Virus record (IMG/VR): IMGVR_UViG_3300027777_000022
DNA length: 64,000 bases
Source: a virus
Lineage: Duplodnaviria; Heunggongvirae; Uroviricota; Caudoviricetes
Strand: one strand, 5' to 3'
The notes beneath the pieces were generated by a model. That model made no database searches, was not told the origin of the DNA, and saw only the letters and a list, made by a program, of their open reading frames with translations. Below are positions 8,367 to 18,423 of the stretch, one piece after another. Numbering within the stretch: position 1 is the stretch's first letter; every line of letters starts with the position of its first letter. The translations under genes and the position numbers were made by a program.

Positions 8367-9266
8367 TTAGAAATTGTATTCAACCCCAACACCATATTGT
8401 GTGACATCTGTTGCAGCATCAGTGAAACTCCAACGTCCATGCACAGTAAGTGCCTTGCTCATTGAGTAAGCCACACCAAGTGTTTTGGCAGTTACACCAC
8501 TACTAGTTTCACCGTAGCCTCCTAATACTGCAAATTGTGGGGTAACGGCTTGACGAACACCCACGCTCTTACCTGTGGTGCTCACACCTGACACTGTGTC
8601 ATCGCTATACATACCAAACACTGTGGTACCTGTAGCAGCCACGGTGTACTTGGCACCCAGGATGGTGCTTGCGCTGTTTGTGCTGTTGTCGTAACGTGCC
8701 AAGGTAGCAGCAACTGGACCGGCTGCATAATCAATGCTGGCAGTTTGTACATTGGTCACACCAGCTGTTTCGCTATTGGCCATTACATAGTTGACTTTGA
8801 ATCCGGCCACTGTTGCTGTGCTCAAGAACACTGCGTTTTGCAAACGGCTACCTTGTGCGCTGTGGATAGCAGGTACGGTAGTACCATAGGTATTTTCCAT
8901 CACGTCAAAGTTGTTCAACACACGAACCACTGAGTGCTGGTCACGCCCTACACCAACCGAACCCAAGCTGTTGCTCAGGCTAAAAACGGAGGTACGATCG
9001 CCCAATGTGGTAGCGCCAGGTGCATCCATACCAATACCAGTTTCAATCACAGCACTGGCAGTGATACCGTTGCCAACATCAGCTGTGGCTCGGAAGCCCA
9101 AGCGACTGGAATCATTGGTCAAACGTGTTAATGCGCTAGCTGTGCCCAAGGTATAAGATTCTTGATACTCACGCACTTTGCCATAGACGCTGACTTGAGG
9201 GGTGGTCTGTGCCTGAGCAAAACCTGCGGCCAATGCCAGGGCCAGTAGTAAAGCATATTTCTTCAT
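8367..9266 (-). CDS. Gram-negative outer-membrane porin (Betaproteobacteria-type)
   Basis: Sec signal peptide (AQA), VSVYG, SRLGFR..D.GNG, alternating beta-strands and C-terminal YGVGVEYNF with a terminal Phe. Confidence 0.9.
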   Translation of the reverse strand: MKKYALLLALALAAGFAQAQTTPQVSVYGKVREYQESYTLGTASALTRLTNDSSRLGFRATADVGNGITASAVIETGIGMDAPGATTLGDRTSVFSLSNSLGSVGVGRDQHSVVRVLNNFDVMENTYGTTVPAIHSAQGSRLQNAVFLSTATVAGFKVNYVMANSETAGVTNVQTASIDYAAGPVAATLARYDNSTNSASTILGAKYTVAATGTTVFGMYSDDTVSGVSTTGKSVGVRQAVTPQFAVLGGYGETSSGVTAKTLGVAYSMSKALTVHGRWSFTDAATDVTQYGVGVEYNF

Positions 9267-9341
9267 GAAGTTTTCCTTTTAAAAAGTTGTTGTTATATAC
9301 CAATTGGTACATTCTACTTAGCTAGTATAGCAGCATGATTT

Positions 9342-11264
9342 CTATTTTACAACCAAATTGGCTGCTTCTGCGTCGGTGTATCTGCTCGGAATCAATTTTG
9401 CACGTGGAGGAACCGAACTGGGTGTGCTAGGAATCACTGTGTCTTGTCCGGCTCCGGCAGCATCTAATGCTGATACATTTTTGCCTTCTCTCAAACAGGC
9501 CACTATGGCTTGCCCACCTTGTGTGTCAAGATCCGCCACTGATTCAAGAAACTGAGCTGGACCGTTTTGTTCAGTGTTGATTCCATAATCGGGCAGACTC
9601 TGTACAAAGCTCATGATCGGGCCACGACCGGTTGTTGACAAATTGGCTATGTCTATGCTGGCCAATGATAGATTGGTAAGTTCTGAACTGAGATTTGCCG
9701 CCATGGCAATGAAATTACTGTTCAACACTGAAGATTGTGTAGGGTACGAGTTTTCAATTACAACAACTTCTGCAGCAGCAGCACTAATCAATGCGTTTAA
9801 TGCAGCATCAGCATTGTCGTATGTGCCTGCTCCTGGGCCAGGGGGAATAATTACCAAATTGCCTACATTGTACACTCCATCTACTGCGGATTGCATTCGA
9901 ACATAAATCTCAATCAATGTGTTTAAAATTCCATCTGAAGTCATGCTGTTGATTGTAGTGGTAACATTGGTAAGATTACCGGTAAATGGTACTCCCACTG
10001 CTGCTCCCAACAGATCTGTTATGACCAATGTTCCATCAGGTCCTGATCCGGTTGCATATGTACTGGAATAAAATGCTGCCACAGATGGAGGTACCGCCTC
10101 CGGCAACGAACTGATGAGATCAAGATCTCGGGTGGTCTGCATGTTGATAAACGCTGCGGCCAACTGTGTCAAACTCATATTATTAATGTTCTTGATCTGT
10201 TGCAAACTGACTTGAATAGCTTTGGACGCCAGTGCTTGGTCTGGTGGTACAATCAAACTCAGTTGTTGATATGTGATCATATTGCTGCTGCCGGTAACCA
10301 AAATATATTGCGGCAAATAAATCAACAGTTTTGAATTTACAGTATCTTGATTGTTATCGTAGATTGCCCGCAATACACTTGATGTATCTTGACTGTAAGT
10401 TCTCACAGTAAGACTTGGATAACTGTTGGGGAAAATCTTAACAGGATTTAACAAATCAGCCATGGTAGTTATGTTAGGAGTTTTTATTCCAAATACTGCC
10501 AACACTTGCTCTAGGTCTGTACCTGTGACATTTAGCATGCCCTGGTATGCCAGTCGTTGTACATTGTTATCAACATTAACATTGGGGTTTACTATGTCAT
10601 TGATGTTGGCTTGATTGATTCCAGCTTGCGTTAATGCATTGTTCACCCCAGGCGTGATATTGGTCAGAGTGGCCAATTGACGTAACAATGCAGCAGGTGA
10701 TCCAAAGTTACCAAGATTGTTGAGATCAATCATTTGTCCCAATGCAGTTAGATCGGTACCAAATGATTGCATGGCCAATGTGGAATCACTGAGATTGCCA
10801 GTGATCAAACTGTTCATGCTGGTGAATGTTGATCCCAAATAAGTTTGACTATTAATGCTGGTATTGATATAACTATTCGTAGCAACCACATATCCCTGTG
10901 CTGCCGGAAATACTTGTGCAAATATGTTGTTGTTGCCGTTGCCAAGATAACTGTTGCCTTGAGTAGTTACTACTCCAGTAAATCCAGTAGAAATATTTGT
11001 ACCAAGACTACTATATGCAGCAGGTGTATTATCGGCCAATGCTGGCACAGTACTGGCACAAAATGTGAACATGCTGATCAATGTGGCCTCACTGATATTG
11101 GCCCCTGGTGCTCCAGCCACGGCCGCAAAGAATGGCGTGAGTAATGTTGTACCAGTATATGAATTCACCGCTGCTGTCCACGTATTTGCAATGTGAACGC
11201 CGCTATTGTTGTTCAGTGCTGCACCAGCAATCATTTGTAAAGGAGTTAGTATACCAGTGGCCAT
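9342..11264 (-). CDS. Putative virion structural protein (baseplate/tail-associated)
   Basis: 640 aa, rich in T/N/S/A/G, directly downstream of PAAR. Confidence 0.6.
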   Translation of the reverse strand: MATGILTPLQMIAGAALNNNSGVHIANTWTAAVNSYTGTTLLTPFFAAVAGAPGANISEATLISMFTFCASTVPALADNTPAAYSSLGTNISTGFTGVVTTQGNSYLGNGNNNIFAQVFPAAQGYVVATNSYINTSINSQTYLGSTFTSMNSLITGNLSDSTLAMQSFGTDLTALGQMIDLNNLGNFGSPAALLRQLATLTNITPGVNNALTQAGINQANINDIVNPNVNVDNNVQRLAYQGMLNVTGTDLEQVLAVFGIKTPNITTMADLLNPVKIFPNSYPSLTVRTYSQDTSSVLRAIYDNNQDTVNSKLLIYLPQYILVTGSSNMITYQQLSLIVPPDQALASKAIQVSLQQIKNINNMSLTQLAAAFINMQTTRDLDLISSLPEAVPPSVAAFYSSTYATGSGPDGTLVITDLLGAAVGVPFTGNLTNVTTTINSMTSDGILNTLIEIYVRMQSAVDGVYNVGNLVIIPPGPGAGTYDNADAALNALISAAAAEVVVIENSYPTQSSVLNSNFIAMAANLSSELTNLSLASIDIANLSTTGRGPIMSFVQSLPDYGINTEQNGPAQFLESVADLDTQGGQAIVACLREGKNVSALDAAGAGQDTVIPSTPSSVPPRAKLIPSRYTDAEAANLVVK

Positions 11265-11267
11265 GTG

Positions 11268-11555
11268 TTATCCTGCAAATACATCCGAACTGCCCGAGGC
11301 CACTGCTGTGCAACCAGCAAGCCCGTCGCCTACTCTTGCTAGAGGACTGCCATCAACAAATACTGTAGAACTTCCACTAGAAATAGGAGCAACATGTGTG
11401 GGGCATGGACTACCTGGTCTAAGATGAGGAGTGCTCTGATCTCCAACTCTAGCTGCTGGTTTTGAGTTAACAAATACTGTAGAACTGCCCGTGGCAATGC
11501 TGAATCCGCTACAATGTGGAACTCCTTGATCACCCAATCTTGCCACTGGTCGCAT
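11268..11555 (-). CDS. PAAR-repeat spike tip protein (gp5.4-like)
   Basis: PVARLGD, KPAARVGD and PLARVGD repeats. Confidence 0.93.
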   Translation of the reverse strand: MRPVARLGDQGVPHCSGFSIATGSSTVFVNSKPAARVGDQSTPHLRPGSPCPTHVAPISSGSSTVFVDGSPLARVGDGLAGCTAVASGSSDVFAG

Positions 11556-11745
11556 ATGCCTTCTCCATGAGTGTATTAAAATGGTCTAGCCATGAATCAA
11601 TTTCATCGTGCTGCTGTTGAGTGTGAGGCCCTGGAGGAATTTCAGGAACAAACTCTATCACATGGTCTAGATCATCTGGGACATGGTCATAGCAATCGTA
11701 TGTTTCAATTTTATCACGCCGCATGATTACAAATCTATGTCCCAT
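11530..11745 (-). CDS. Small conserved phage protein upstream of PAAR
   Basis: HVIEFVPEIPPGPHT motif. Start reassigned to ATG 11745, 4 nt after TAAATA. Confidence 0.7.
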   Translation of the reverse strand: MGHRFVIMRRDKIETYDCYDHVPDDLDHVIEFVPEIPPGPHTQQQHDEIDSWLDHFNTLMEKAYATSGKIG

Positions 11746-11773
11746 ATGGTATTTATGGGAGCAAAAACTCGTG

Positions 11774-12064
11774 TCAGCCCAAATGTATGCTAGTAGTGCT
11801 TTGCATGTATTGGTCAGCAAATGATTTGTCGCTGGCCACTGCCACTGTTACTGTGGCTTTGCTCAAGTTGATATCCTTGTCGGGTGCCACAGTAAACAAG
11901 TACGGCATGAGTCCTGGTCCTTTGGCACCCATGGCAATCACCATGGGCTTTGACAGTTTGTAATGTGTAGCTGTTTCCTCATTGAGTCTTGCTACCAATT
12001 CCTCACCTGATGTGAGTTTGAGTGTGACCACTTCGCCTGCACTAACGCCTTTGTCTATTAACAT
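11774..12064 (-). CDS. Sm-like-fold phage protein
   Basis: VVTLKLTSGEELVAR pattern, typical of T4-like Sm-like proteins. Confidence 0.6.
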   Translation of the reverse strand: MLIDKGVSAGEVVTLKLTSGEELVARLNEETATHYKLSKPMVIAMGAKGPGLMPYLFTVAPDKDINLSKATVTVAVASDKSFADQYMQSTTSIHLG

Positions 12065-12310
12065 TTAATCTCCGTATCCGCCGGCGGTTTCTTCGATGTA
12101 TTTTCTCAGTTCTGTGAATCCGCCAACGTGATTGTTGTTCACAAAAATCTGTGGTACTGTTCTTGCTGTGGGCACTGCTTCCAGCAAGTCTTCTCGGGTG
12201 TATCCTGACCCAATTTTCCGTTCTTCATATGCAATGTTCCGCTGCTCCAACAAGGCTTTGGCTTGATTGCAGAATGTGCAATTGTCTTTTGACCAGACGA
12301 TGGCTTTCAT
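12065..12310 (-). CDS. grx: Glutaredoxin
   Basis: CTFC active site, TVPQIF and GG motifs; adjacent to nrdB. Confidence 0.93.
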   Translation of the reverse strand: MKAIVWSKDNCTFCNQAKALLEQRNIAYEERKIGSGYTREDLLEAVPTARTVPQIFVNNNHVGGFTELRKYIEETAGGYGD

Positions 12311-12315
12311 TTTTG

Positions 12316-12927
12316 TTATCCTTTCGTGTTATATAGTGCTATCAATTTATAGTCGTTTCTCACAGCTGATGAATATAAATCTGTTTCTGCCGAAGCAGAT
12401 GGAACCAGATGATTGTTTACCAAACTTACCGGAAATGTATATGAAGTACCTCCAAATTTTGATGCTCCCAACATTTCTATTTGTTCTGGGGTAGGATTAT
12501 AAACCAACCCTCGGACTTCTACGCCCGGTATCTTGCTAAGACTTACCCAGGTTCTTGCACCGCCCGGTGTTTGACTAGAATCTGACACAATGTCAAGGTG
12601 TTCTATTGATAACAATATTCCATATAAACTTGTGGCCAATCCTTTATTTCTCCACGCATGATCTATTTCTAATCCCATAACATAGGCCGTATCTCCTGAT
12701 ATTTGCACTGTCAATATGCCGATAAGTTGTTTATCCGGGCTTAACAAGCAAACATCTTCATCCGTTCCTTTGGCGCCATAACTCATACTAGGAACTATTG
12801 CGTAATAATAATCGCTGTTAGGTAATGGACTAATATTTCCCTCAAGTTTTTTCAGTTTGGCATCCTTATTACCTAACATACCCAAAGAGTCTTTGGGCTC
12901 TACTGATCGTAATTCTTTTAGTTTCAT
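12316..12927 (-). CDS. GNAT-family acetyltransferase-like protein
   Basis: Acetyl-CoA motif A (IDHAWRNKGLATSLY); QTPGGARTW motif; N-terminus MKLKEL. Confidence 0.7.
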   Translation of the reverse strand: MKLKELRSVEPKDSLGMLGNKDAKLKKLEGNISPLPNSDYYYAIVPSMSYGAKGTDEDVCLLSPDKQLIGILTVQISGDTAYVMGLEIDHAWRNKGLATSLYGILLSIEHLDIVSDSSQTPGGARTWVSLSKIPGVEVRGLVYNPTPEQIEMLGASKFGGTSYTFPVSLVNNHLVPSASAETDLYSSAVRNDYKLIALYNTKG

Positions 12928-12936
12928 GATATTCCT

Positions 12937-14037
12937 TTATAAACTAGGTAGTTGATCGTAGTCCAGGCTTTCACTCATGACTCCAATAACATAGTTAGTT
13001 GATTCATTCTCTTGCAGTGCAGTTTGTTTCTTTGACGTGTCCGAATGTTTGTTAAACCAAGGAATAGGTGTGCTACGTGGTGCCACTGCTTGATACTTGA
13101 TACCAATGTCTTTGAGCGCACCAACTGCTGTGTAATCCACAAAGTCTTTGAGAATGTTGGCATTGAGTCCAATCACTGGCCCCATCTTGAACAAGTAATC
13201 AGCCCAGGCTTTTTCTTCGCGAATCACGTCCAGATACAAGGCATATACTTCTGCTTCGCAAGCTTCTTTGGCAGCAGCAAACCGACTGTCTTCTTTGACC
13301 ACTTGGTTGATGAGATATGCTGTCCACCCTTTGTGCAGCAATTCGTCTTGCAAAATCAATCCAATGATATTGCCATTGCCAATGAAGATCTTGTTTTCAA
13401 CCATGGCAAGGCTTGTGGCAAACGATACCATGAAGCGGAATGCTTCCAATGCATAGCTGGCATGCAATGCCATCCAGACTGCACGAACATGTTCAATTTC
13501 TTCTACTGGTTGGCCCAGCTCTTTTGCGCAGTTGATTCGGTGCAGGTCATCGTAATATTGGCCTACACTAGATGCCATGTCTACAATTTCGGTTGTGTCA
13601 TGAATGGTATTGAAAACATCTTTAGGCACGTTGTAGATATTACGAATGATATGACTGTAACTCTTCGAGTGAATGTTTGTTTCAAAGAATCCCCAGTTGT
13701 ACATCAATGCTTCTACTTCTGGCAAGCTGCATACTGGAGTGAATACTTGTGTAGGACCACGTCCTTGCAAACTGTCCAGGGCAGTCTGACGCAACAGATT
13801 GCTGGTAAAAATATGCTTGACAGCATCGCTGGCATCCTTAAAGTCATTGGCATCTTTGCTGAGGCTGATTTCTTCAGGTTGCCAGAAGAAACCACGTGCA
13901 GTGGCTTCAAAGTCTGCAATCTTTTTATACTTGACTTCTTCAAAGCGTTGAATAGTTACTGGCCCTGCTGGGTCCAGAAACATCTTTCGATTTAGATAAT
14001 CTGTTTTGGTGTGTAAATTGTATTGTGCTTGTGACAT
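12937..14037 (-). CDS. nrdB: Ribonucleotide reductase class Ia beta subunit
   Basis: FFWQPEE, LDSLQGR, ETNIHSKSY, LEAFRF and DELLH di-iron/tyrosyl-radical motifs. Confidence 0.96.
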   Translation of the reverse strand: MSQAQYNLHTKTDYLNRKMFLDPAGPVTIQRFEEVKYKKIADFEATARGFFWQPEEISLSKDANDFKDASDAVKHIFTSNLLRQTALDSLQGRGPTQVFTPVCSLPEVEALMYNWGFFETNIHSKSYSHIIRNIYNVPKDVFNTIHDTTEIVDMASSVGQYYDDLHRINCAKELGQPVEEIEHVRAVWMALHASYALEAFRFMVSFATSLAMVENKIFIGNGNIIGLILQDELLHKGWTAYLINQVVKEDSRFAAAKEACEAEVYALYLDVIREEKAWADYLFKMGPVIGLNANILKDFVDYTAVGALKDIGIKYQAVAPRSTPIPWFNKHSDTSKKQTALQENESTNYVIGVMSESLDYDQLPSL

Positions 14038-14045
14038 ATTGTTCT

Positions 14046-16367
14046 TTATAGTTTACATGCTTCGCAATCTTCTTCGTTGTCAAAGTCAATTGGTTCCAAC
14101 ATTGCAGGTGCTATTTCTGCATCAGCTTTTGAACCTTGCTTGTTGATCAAGCTGTAGTAAAAAGTTTTTAGTCCCCACGCATGTGATTGCATAAGATTTC
14201 GAGCAATCAAAGTGGTGGGCACTTTACGATCTGGAAAATGCGCAGGATTGTAAAAAGTATTGGTGCTGATTGATTGATCAACATACGCTGCAATCACTGC
14301 GGCTGTTTTCAAATAACCGTCACAATCTTTCTGTTCCCACATCAATTGATATTTATTTTTCAACTTGTGATATTCAGGAACAACCTGTACAAATGATCCT
14401 GCTTTGGATTCTTTTACACTGATTAGGCTCATTGGCATTTCAATACCATTGGTTGAGTTGATAGCAACTGAACTGGATTCCACAGGCGCCACAGCACCGT
14501 TGGTAGCATTGCGTACACCATACTGTTTCATATCGGCACGTAATGGCTCCCAGTCTAATTCAGGAGCAAAATCAGTTAGTTCGTTTACTCCGTTAGCACG
14601 TAATTCCCAAGGAAACATGCCTTGCCCATAACGTGTGTGATCACTACCCACACACTTGCCGCGTTCCTTAGCTAGCTCAACACTCATTTCAGTGAGATAG
14701 AATGTTTGATGTTCCATCCATGTTTTGAGTTCAGCCAGTGCATCCTTGTCACCATATTTGAGATTGCGTTTGGCATGCCAGTATGCCAAGTTAGTGATAC
14801 CAATGCCCAATGGGCGAATCTCATCATTGCTTAGTTTGGATTGGATGGAAAGAAAATCTTGGTAATCCAATATGTTGTTAAGACTGCGATGTAGAATACG
14901 GCAAGCACGGCGCATATCTTCTGGATTACGGAATGCTCCCCAGTTGATGCTTCCAAGTGTGCAAAGTGCGATACGTCCTTTGGGGTCGTCGAGTCTTTTG
15001 AATGATTTTGTTGGCAAAAGTATTTCACAGCATAAGTTACTCTGGTAAATGGTGTGATATTCAGGATCAAATGGTCCTTGATTCATCACATTGTCAATGA
15101 ACACTAGATAGATACGGCCAGTGTCCGTGCGCTCTTTCAAGATGCCCGACTTGAACACTTCTTCTGCGCTCATGGTCTTCTTGCGTAGATCTTTACGTTT
15201 TTCATACTTCACATACAGCTCTTCAAACTGTTGAGTATTTTTGTAAAATGCTTCGTATAGATCCGGAACTTCGTTGGGGTCAAAGAAAGTTATGTTTTCT
15301 CGGTTTTTAAATCTTCTCCAGAAGAAGGCAGAAAGTACCACTCCATAGTCCATATGTCGAACCCGAGTTTCTTCTGTTCCTTGGTTATTCTTAAGAACAA
15401 TAAGATCATCAAACTGATGATGCCAGATGGGATAAAACACAGTAGCAGAAGCATTGCGGATTCCTCCTTGTGAGCAACTACGCAAGTCACCAAACCATTT
15501 CTTCAAAAATGGTATCATGCCAGTATGCATGATCTCCCCGCCGCGTATGGGGCTACCTAATGGTCGCAGTCGTCCAATTTCCAGGCCAATGCCAGCACGT
15601 TTGCTGGCATACTTGGCCATCATTTCACCACTAGCAAAGATACTATCAAGGTCGTCATCAGACCGAATAAGAACGCAACTTGAAAATTGTTTAGTAGGTG
15701 TGCCCAGGCCAGCCAGAACAGGAGTAGCAAGAGTAAAAAGACCATCACTTGCAGCATTGTAATATTCTTTGATGTATCGCATTCTTGCTGTGTTGGGTTC
15801 TTCTGAGTGAAATACAGTAGCGGCCGCGACCATGTATCTAATTTGTGGAGTTTCATAAGTTTCCTTTGTGGCACGATTCTTTACTAGATACTTTTCAATC
15901 AGTTGCTCAATGGCAGCATAGCCGTATTGTTCATCTTTTGAATGATCTATCATGTCCTGCATACGATTCCAGTCAGCTTGGTCGTACCATTCCAGCAGTT
16001 CCGGAGTGTACAAGCCAGTGGCCACGTTTTTCTTCACAATTTCATACAGGTGGGGAGGCTCATAAGAGCCATATACGTCTTTGCGCAGCATGCTGAGACG
16101 TTGCTTGCCTGCCACATATTGATAGTTGGTATGGCCAACATCAGGATTGTGTTCTATGTCAATTAGATCCACAATGGCTCGTAGTGTAACTCCATCAATT
16201 TCTTTGGTAGTGATGCCATCATAAAAATGCATCTGTGCTTTGATCTCTACCATGCTTTGACTTACGTCTGCGATACCCGAACATACTTTGGCAATTTGGG
16301 TTTGCCATTTTTCCAGGCTCAATTGTTCTTTTCTTCCGTTGCGTTTGATAACTGTGATCTGTGTCAT
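14046..16367 (-). CDS. nrdA: Ribonucleotide reductase class Ia alpha subunit
   Basis: N-terminal ATP cone, QFSSC, SQGGIR, QSNLCCEI, KTFYY and C-terminal CEAC. Confidence 0.97.
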   Translation of the reverse strand: MTQITVIKRNGRKEQLSLEKWQTQIAKVCSGIADVSQSMVEIKAQMHFYDGITTKEIDGVTLRAIVDLIDIEHNPDVGHTNYQYVAGKQRLSMLRKDVYGSYEPPHLYEIVKKNVATGLYTPELLEWYDQADWNRMQDMIDHSKDEQYGYAAIEQLIEKYLVKNRATKETYETPQIRYMVAAATVFHSEEPNTARMRYIKEYYNAASDGLFTLATPVLAGLGTPTKQFSSCVLIRSDDDLDSIFASGEMMAKYASKRAGIGLEIGRLRPLGSPIRGGEIMHTGMIPFLKKWFGDLRSCSQGGIRNASATVFYPIWHHQFDDLIVLKNNQGTEETRVRHMDYGVVLSAFFWRRFKNRENITFFDPNEVPDLYEAFYKNTQQFEELYVKYEKRKDLRKKTMSAEEVFKSGILKERTDTGRIYLVFIDNVMNQGPFDPEYHTIYQSNLCCEILLPTKSFKRLDDPKGRIALCTLGSINWGAFRNPEDMRRACRILHRSLNNILDYQDFLSIQSKLSNDEIRPLGIGITNLAYWHAKRNLKYGDKDALAELKTWMEHQTFYLTEMSVELAKERGKCVGSDHTRYGQGMFPWELRANGVNELTDFAPELDWEPLRADMKQYGVRNATNGAVAPVESSSVAINSTNGIEMPMSLISVKESKAGSFVQVVPEYHKLKNKYQLMWEQKDCDGYLKTAAVIAAYVDQSISTNTFYNPAHFPDRKVPTTLIARNLMQSHAWGLKTFYYSLINKQGSKADAEIAPAMLEPIDFDNEEDCEACKL

Positions 16368-16371
16368 ATAC

Positions 16372-16794
16372 TCAATATAGTTGTTGTTTTACATCGCTCT
16401 GTGCAATGTGATGTTTATTTTGCTGTAGGTTGATATTTAACCCTATAGACTGATCCCAATTCAATATATATTTTCCACCCTCGACCAGGACTAAATTGCC
16501 CTGATCAGAATCAACCAACACAGCATCTTGAAGATCATCACGATCCAGCACAGTGATAGTATACAGGATTCCTAGCCCGCGAGCAAGATCACAATAGATG
16601 TTGTCGCTCAGAAGTTGCCAGGGATCAGGCCAATCCACACGATCGTCCCAGTGTAAATGATACGCTCGCCATGGAGTTTGCTGCCACCAGGAATTGATCT
16701 CCTCCAAGGCATCGGGCTTGGGCAGCATGCAAACACGATCTCGTAAAGTGTTCCACGCTGCCAAGCGTTGTTCAAAGGTTGAACACCACATCAA
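16372..16794 (-). CDS. Hypothetical protein, possibly transglutaminase-like
   Basis: WPDPWQLL....YC...RGLG..YT loosely resembles the BTLCP/transglutaminase core. Confidence 0.55.
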   Translation of the reverse strand: MMWCSTFEQRLAAWNTLRDRVCMLPKPDALEEINSWWQQTPWRAYHLHWDDRVDWPDPWQLLSDNIYCDLARGLGILYTITVLDRDDLQDAVLVDSDQGNLVLVEGGKYILNWDQSIGLNINLQQNKHHIAQSDVKQQLY

Positions 16795-18377
16795 GCAAGT
16801 TTGGTTACTGAATAGTTAATAGTTGCTGCAATGCCAGTGTTAGTGGTAGCAGCTTTCCAACTCACAATACCAGCAGTTTCGCTGACACTGAAAGTAACAC
16901 CAGGTGCTACATTTTGCACACCAGTATCTGATCCTTGTATATTTGTACCTGCTGAGTCGGTGCCGGCCACAATGGTGTACACTCCTGTTCTGACATTGAC
17001 ATTCCGTACTATGGTATAGTTGATCTGTACTGCTCTGATCGCTGTGGCATTAAATGTCAATATGGTCTGGTTGGCAGTGTTGTTGAGTAGTGTTCCGGTA
17101 GCACCAGTTTGACGTACATAGGTGCCTTGTTGTGTTTGACTAGCCGCATCAAATGCTATGTTGATACCGTTGTTGATGTTCACCCGAGGATATGTACCAG
17201 CATAGGCTGTGGTACGTTGGAACATGTCACCAACGCTGACATTGTTTTGTCCTAGAAAATTAATCACTGCGGTTGCTGGAGAGGTAGTGCCGTTGAAGTG
17301 ATTACCCACATCATAGAACATGTTGTAACCACTGGCATTCATTCCAGTGTTGGCAGCAATCACGATACCTTCAGCATAGATGTTATCAAACACATTGCCC
17401 AAGAAACGGAATCCAGTGGGACCGCCACTTACTGGGGCAGGATCGCCTAGCAACACTCCTTGATAGTGAGTATTGAGTGTACTTTCTGTGACCAATACAC
17501 CTTGCACTTGATTGGGGGTTTCAAATGCCCAGGTAGTACCGCCAAACGTGCATCGACGGAAAGTGATATTGTTACAAACCAAACTGGCAGTGGATGAAAA
17601 TCTCACACATGCTGTATCGTCAACAGCATCTACTAGATCAGCTTTGCCCAGTGATCCCAAAAAGCTCACATCTGTAAACGTACATTGTTCAGCATCTTCG
17701 ACCAAGAATACATCTGCCAGACCCTCAGCTTCAAAACCCATGTTGGATATGGAAATATCCACAGGAGGTGTGGCACCATTGTTGCCAATGTTCACTCCTG
17801 TTTGCTGTAAGCTGTCGCAGTACACCGCCACATACTGACTGGCACTGGCTGCATCTAAAACAATAACACTAGAGTTGATACCTTCACCACATAACAATGC
17901 ATAAGGTGGAATTTTGATTAAACCAGTGACCAAGTAACGTCCGGCTGGAAAGAACAATGATCTGCGTATTTGTGGATTTGGTTCTCTACAGTACAATTGA
18001 AACAATGCACGATTGATAGCATCGGTATTATCAGTTACACCATCACCTACTGCTCCAAAGCTCAGCACACTGGCAAATTGATCTAGCCAACTTTGCAGCG
18101 GAATACTAATTGGACTTCCTGATGATGCTCCAGTTTGTACTGTATATCCAGCAGCGGTGCCTGCGTAAGTGTATGCACCACCCACCAGCAATATATCACT
18201 GTATTCAGTGAGAACTTCTGTATTGCCTATTACAGGTGCGCCGTCTTGCAAGGTTCCATTGCCGATGTATAGCCGACGTTGGTCAATGGCCCAGCCTAAT
18301 TCTGCGCCAGCTAGTTGCGGCAGATTTTCTGCTAGACCTTTACGGTTTGTTATTCGTGATACTTGAACTATTGCCAT
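16791..18377 (-). CDS. Tail fibre/spike-like protein with a beta-helix (pectate-lyase-like) domain
   Basis: N-terminal LPQLAGAELGW..D.RRLYIGNG virion-anchor motif; SVLSFGAVGDGVTDNTDAINRAL...FFPAGRY; late promoter upstream. Confidence 0.8.
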   Translation of the reverse strand: MAIVQVSRITNRKGLAENLPQLAGAELGWAIDQRRLYIGNGTLQDGAPVIGNTEVLTEYSDILLVGGAYTYAGTAAGYTVQTGASSGSPISIPLQSWLDQFASVLSFGAVGDGVTDNTDAINRALFQLYCREPNPQIRRSLFFPAGRYLVTGLIKIPPYALLCGEGINSSVIVLDAASASQYVAVYCDSLQQTGVNIGNNGATPPVDISISNMGFEAEGLADVFLVEDAEQCTFTDVSFLGSLGKADLVDAVDDTACVRFSSTASLVCNNITFRRCTFGGTTWAFETPNQVQGVLVTESTLNTHYQGVLLGDPAPVSGGPTGFRFLGNVFDNIYAEGIVIAANTGMNASGYNMFYDVGNHFNGTTSPATAVINFLGQNNVSVGDMFQRTTAYAGTYPRVNINNGINIAFDAASQTQQGTYVRQTGATGTLLNNTANQTILTFNATAIRAVQINYTIVRNVNVRTGVYTIVAGTDSAGTNIQGSDTGVQNVAPGVTFSVSETAGIVSWKAATTNTGIAATINYSVTKLA

Positions 18378-18423
18378 GTGAGTCCTAATTCTGTGGTGTA
18401 TTTAGCCAGAATCAGTCAGGCAA

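Noticed and set aside
13045-13995. 316-aa plus-strand ORF, and other long antisense ORFs such as 354-818, 6159-6746, 57873-58415, 58387-58902 and 60201-60797
   Set aside because: They overlap well-supported minus-strand genes and have no recognisable motifs or RBS; they are antisense shadows caused by codon bias.
16791-18377. Diversity-generating retroelement target
   Set aside because: No reverse transcriptase gene is present, and I noticed no template/variable repeat pair in the window.
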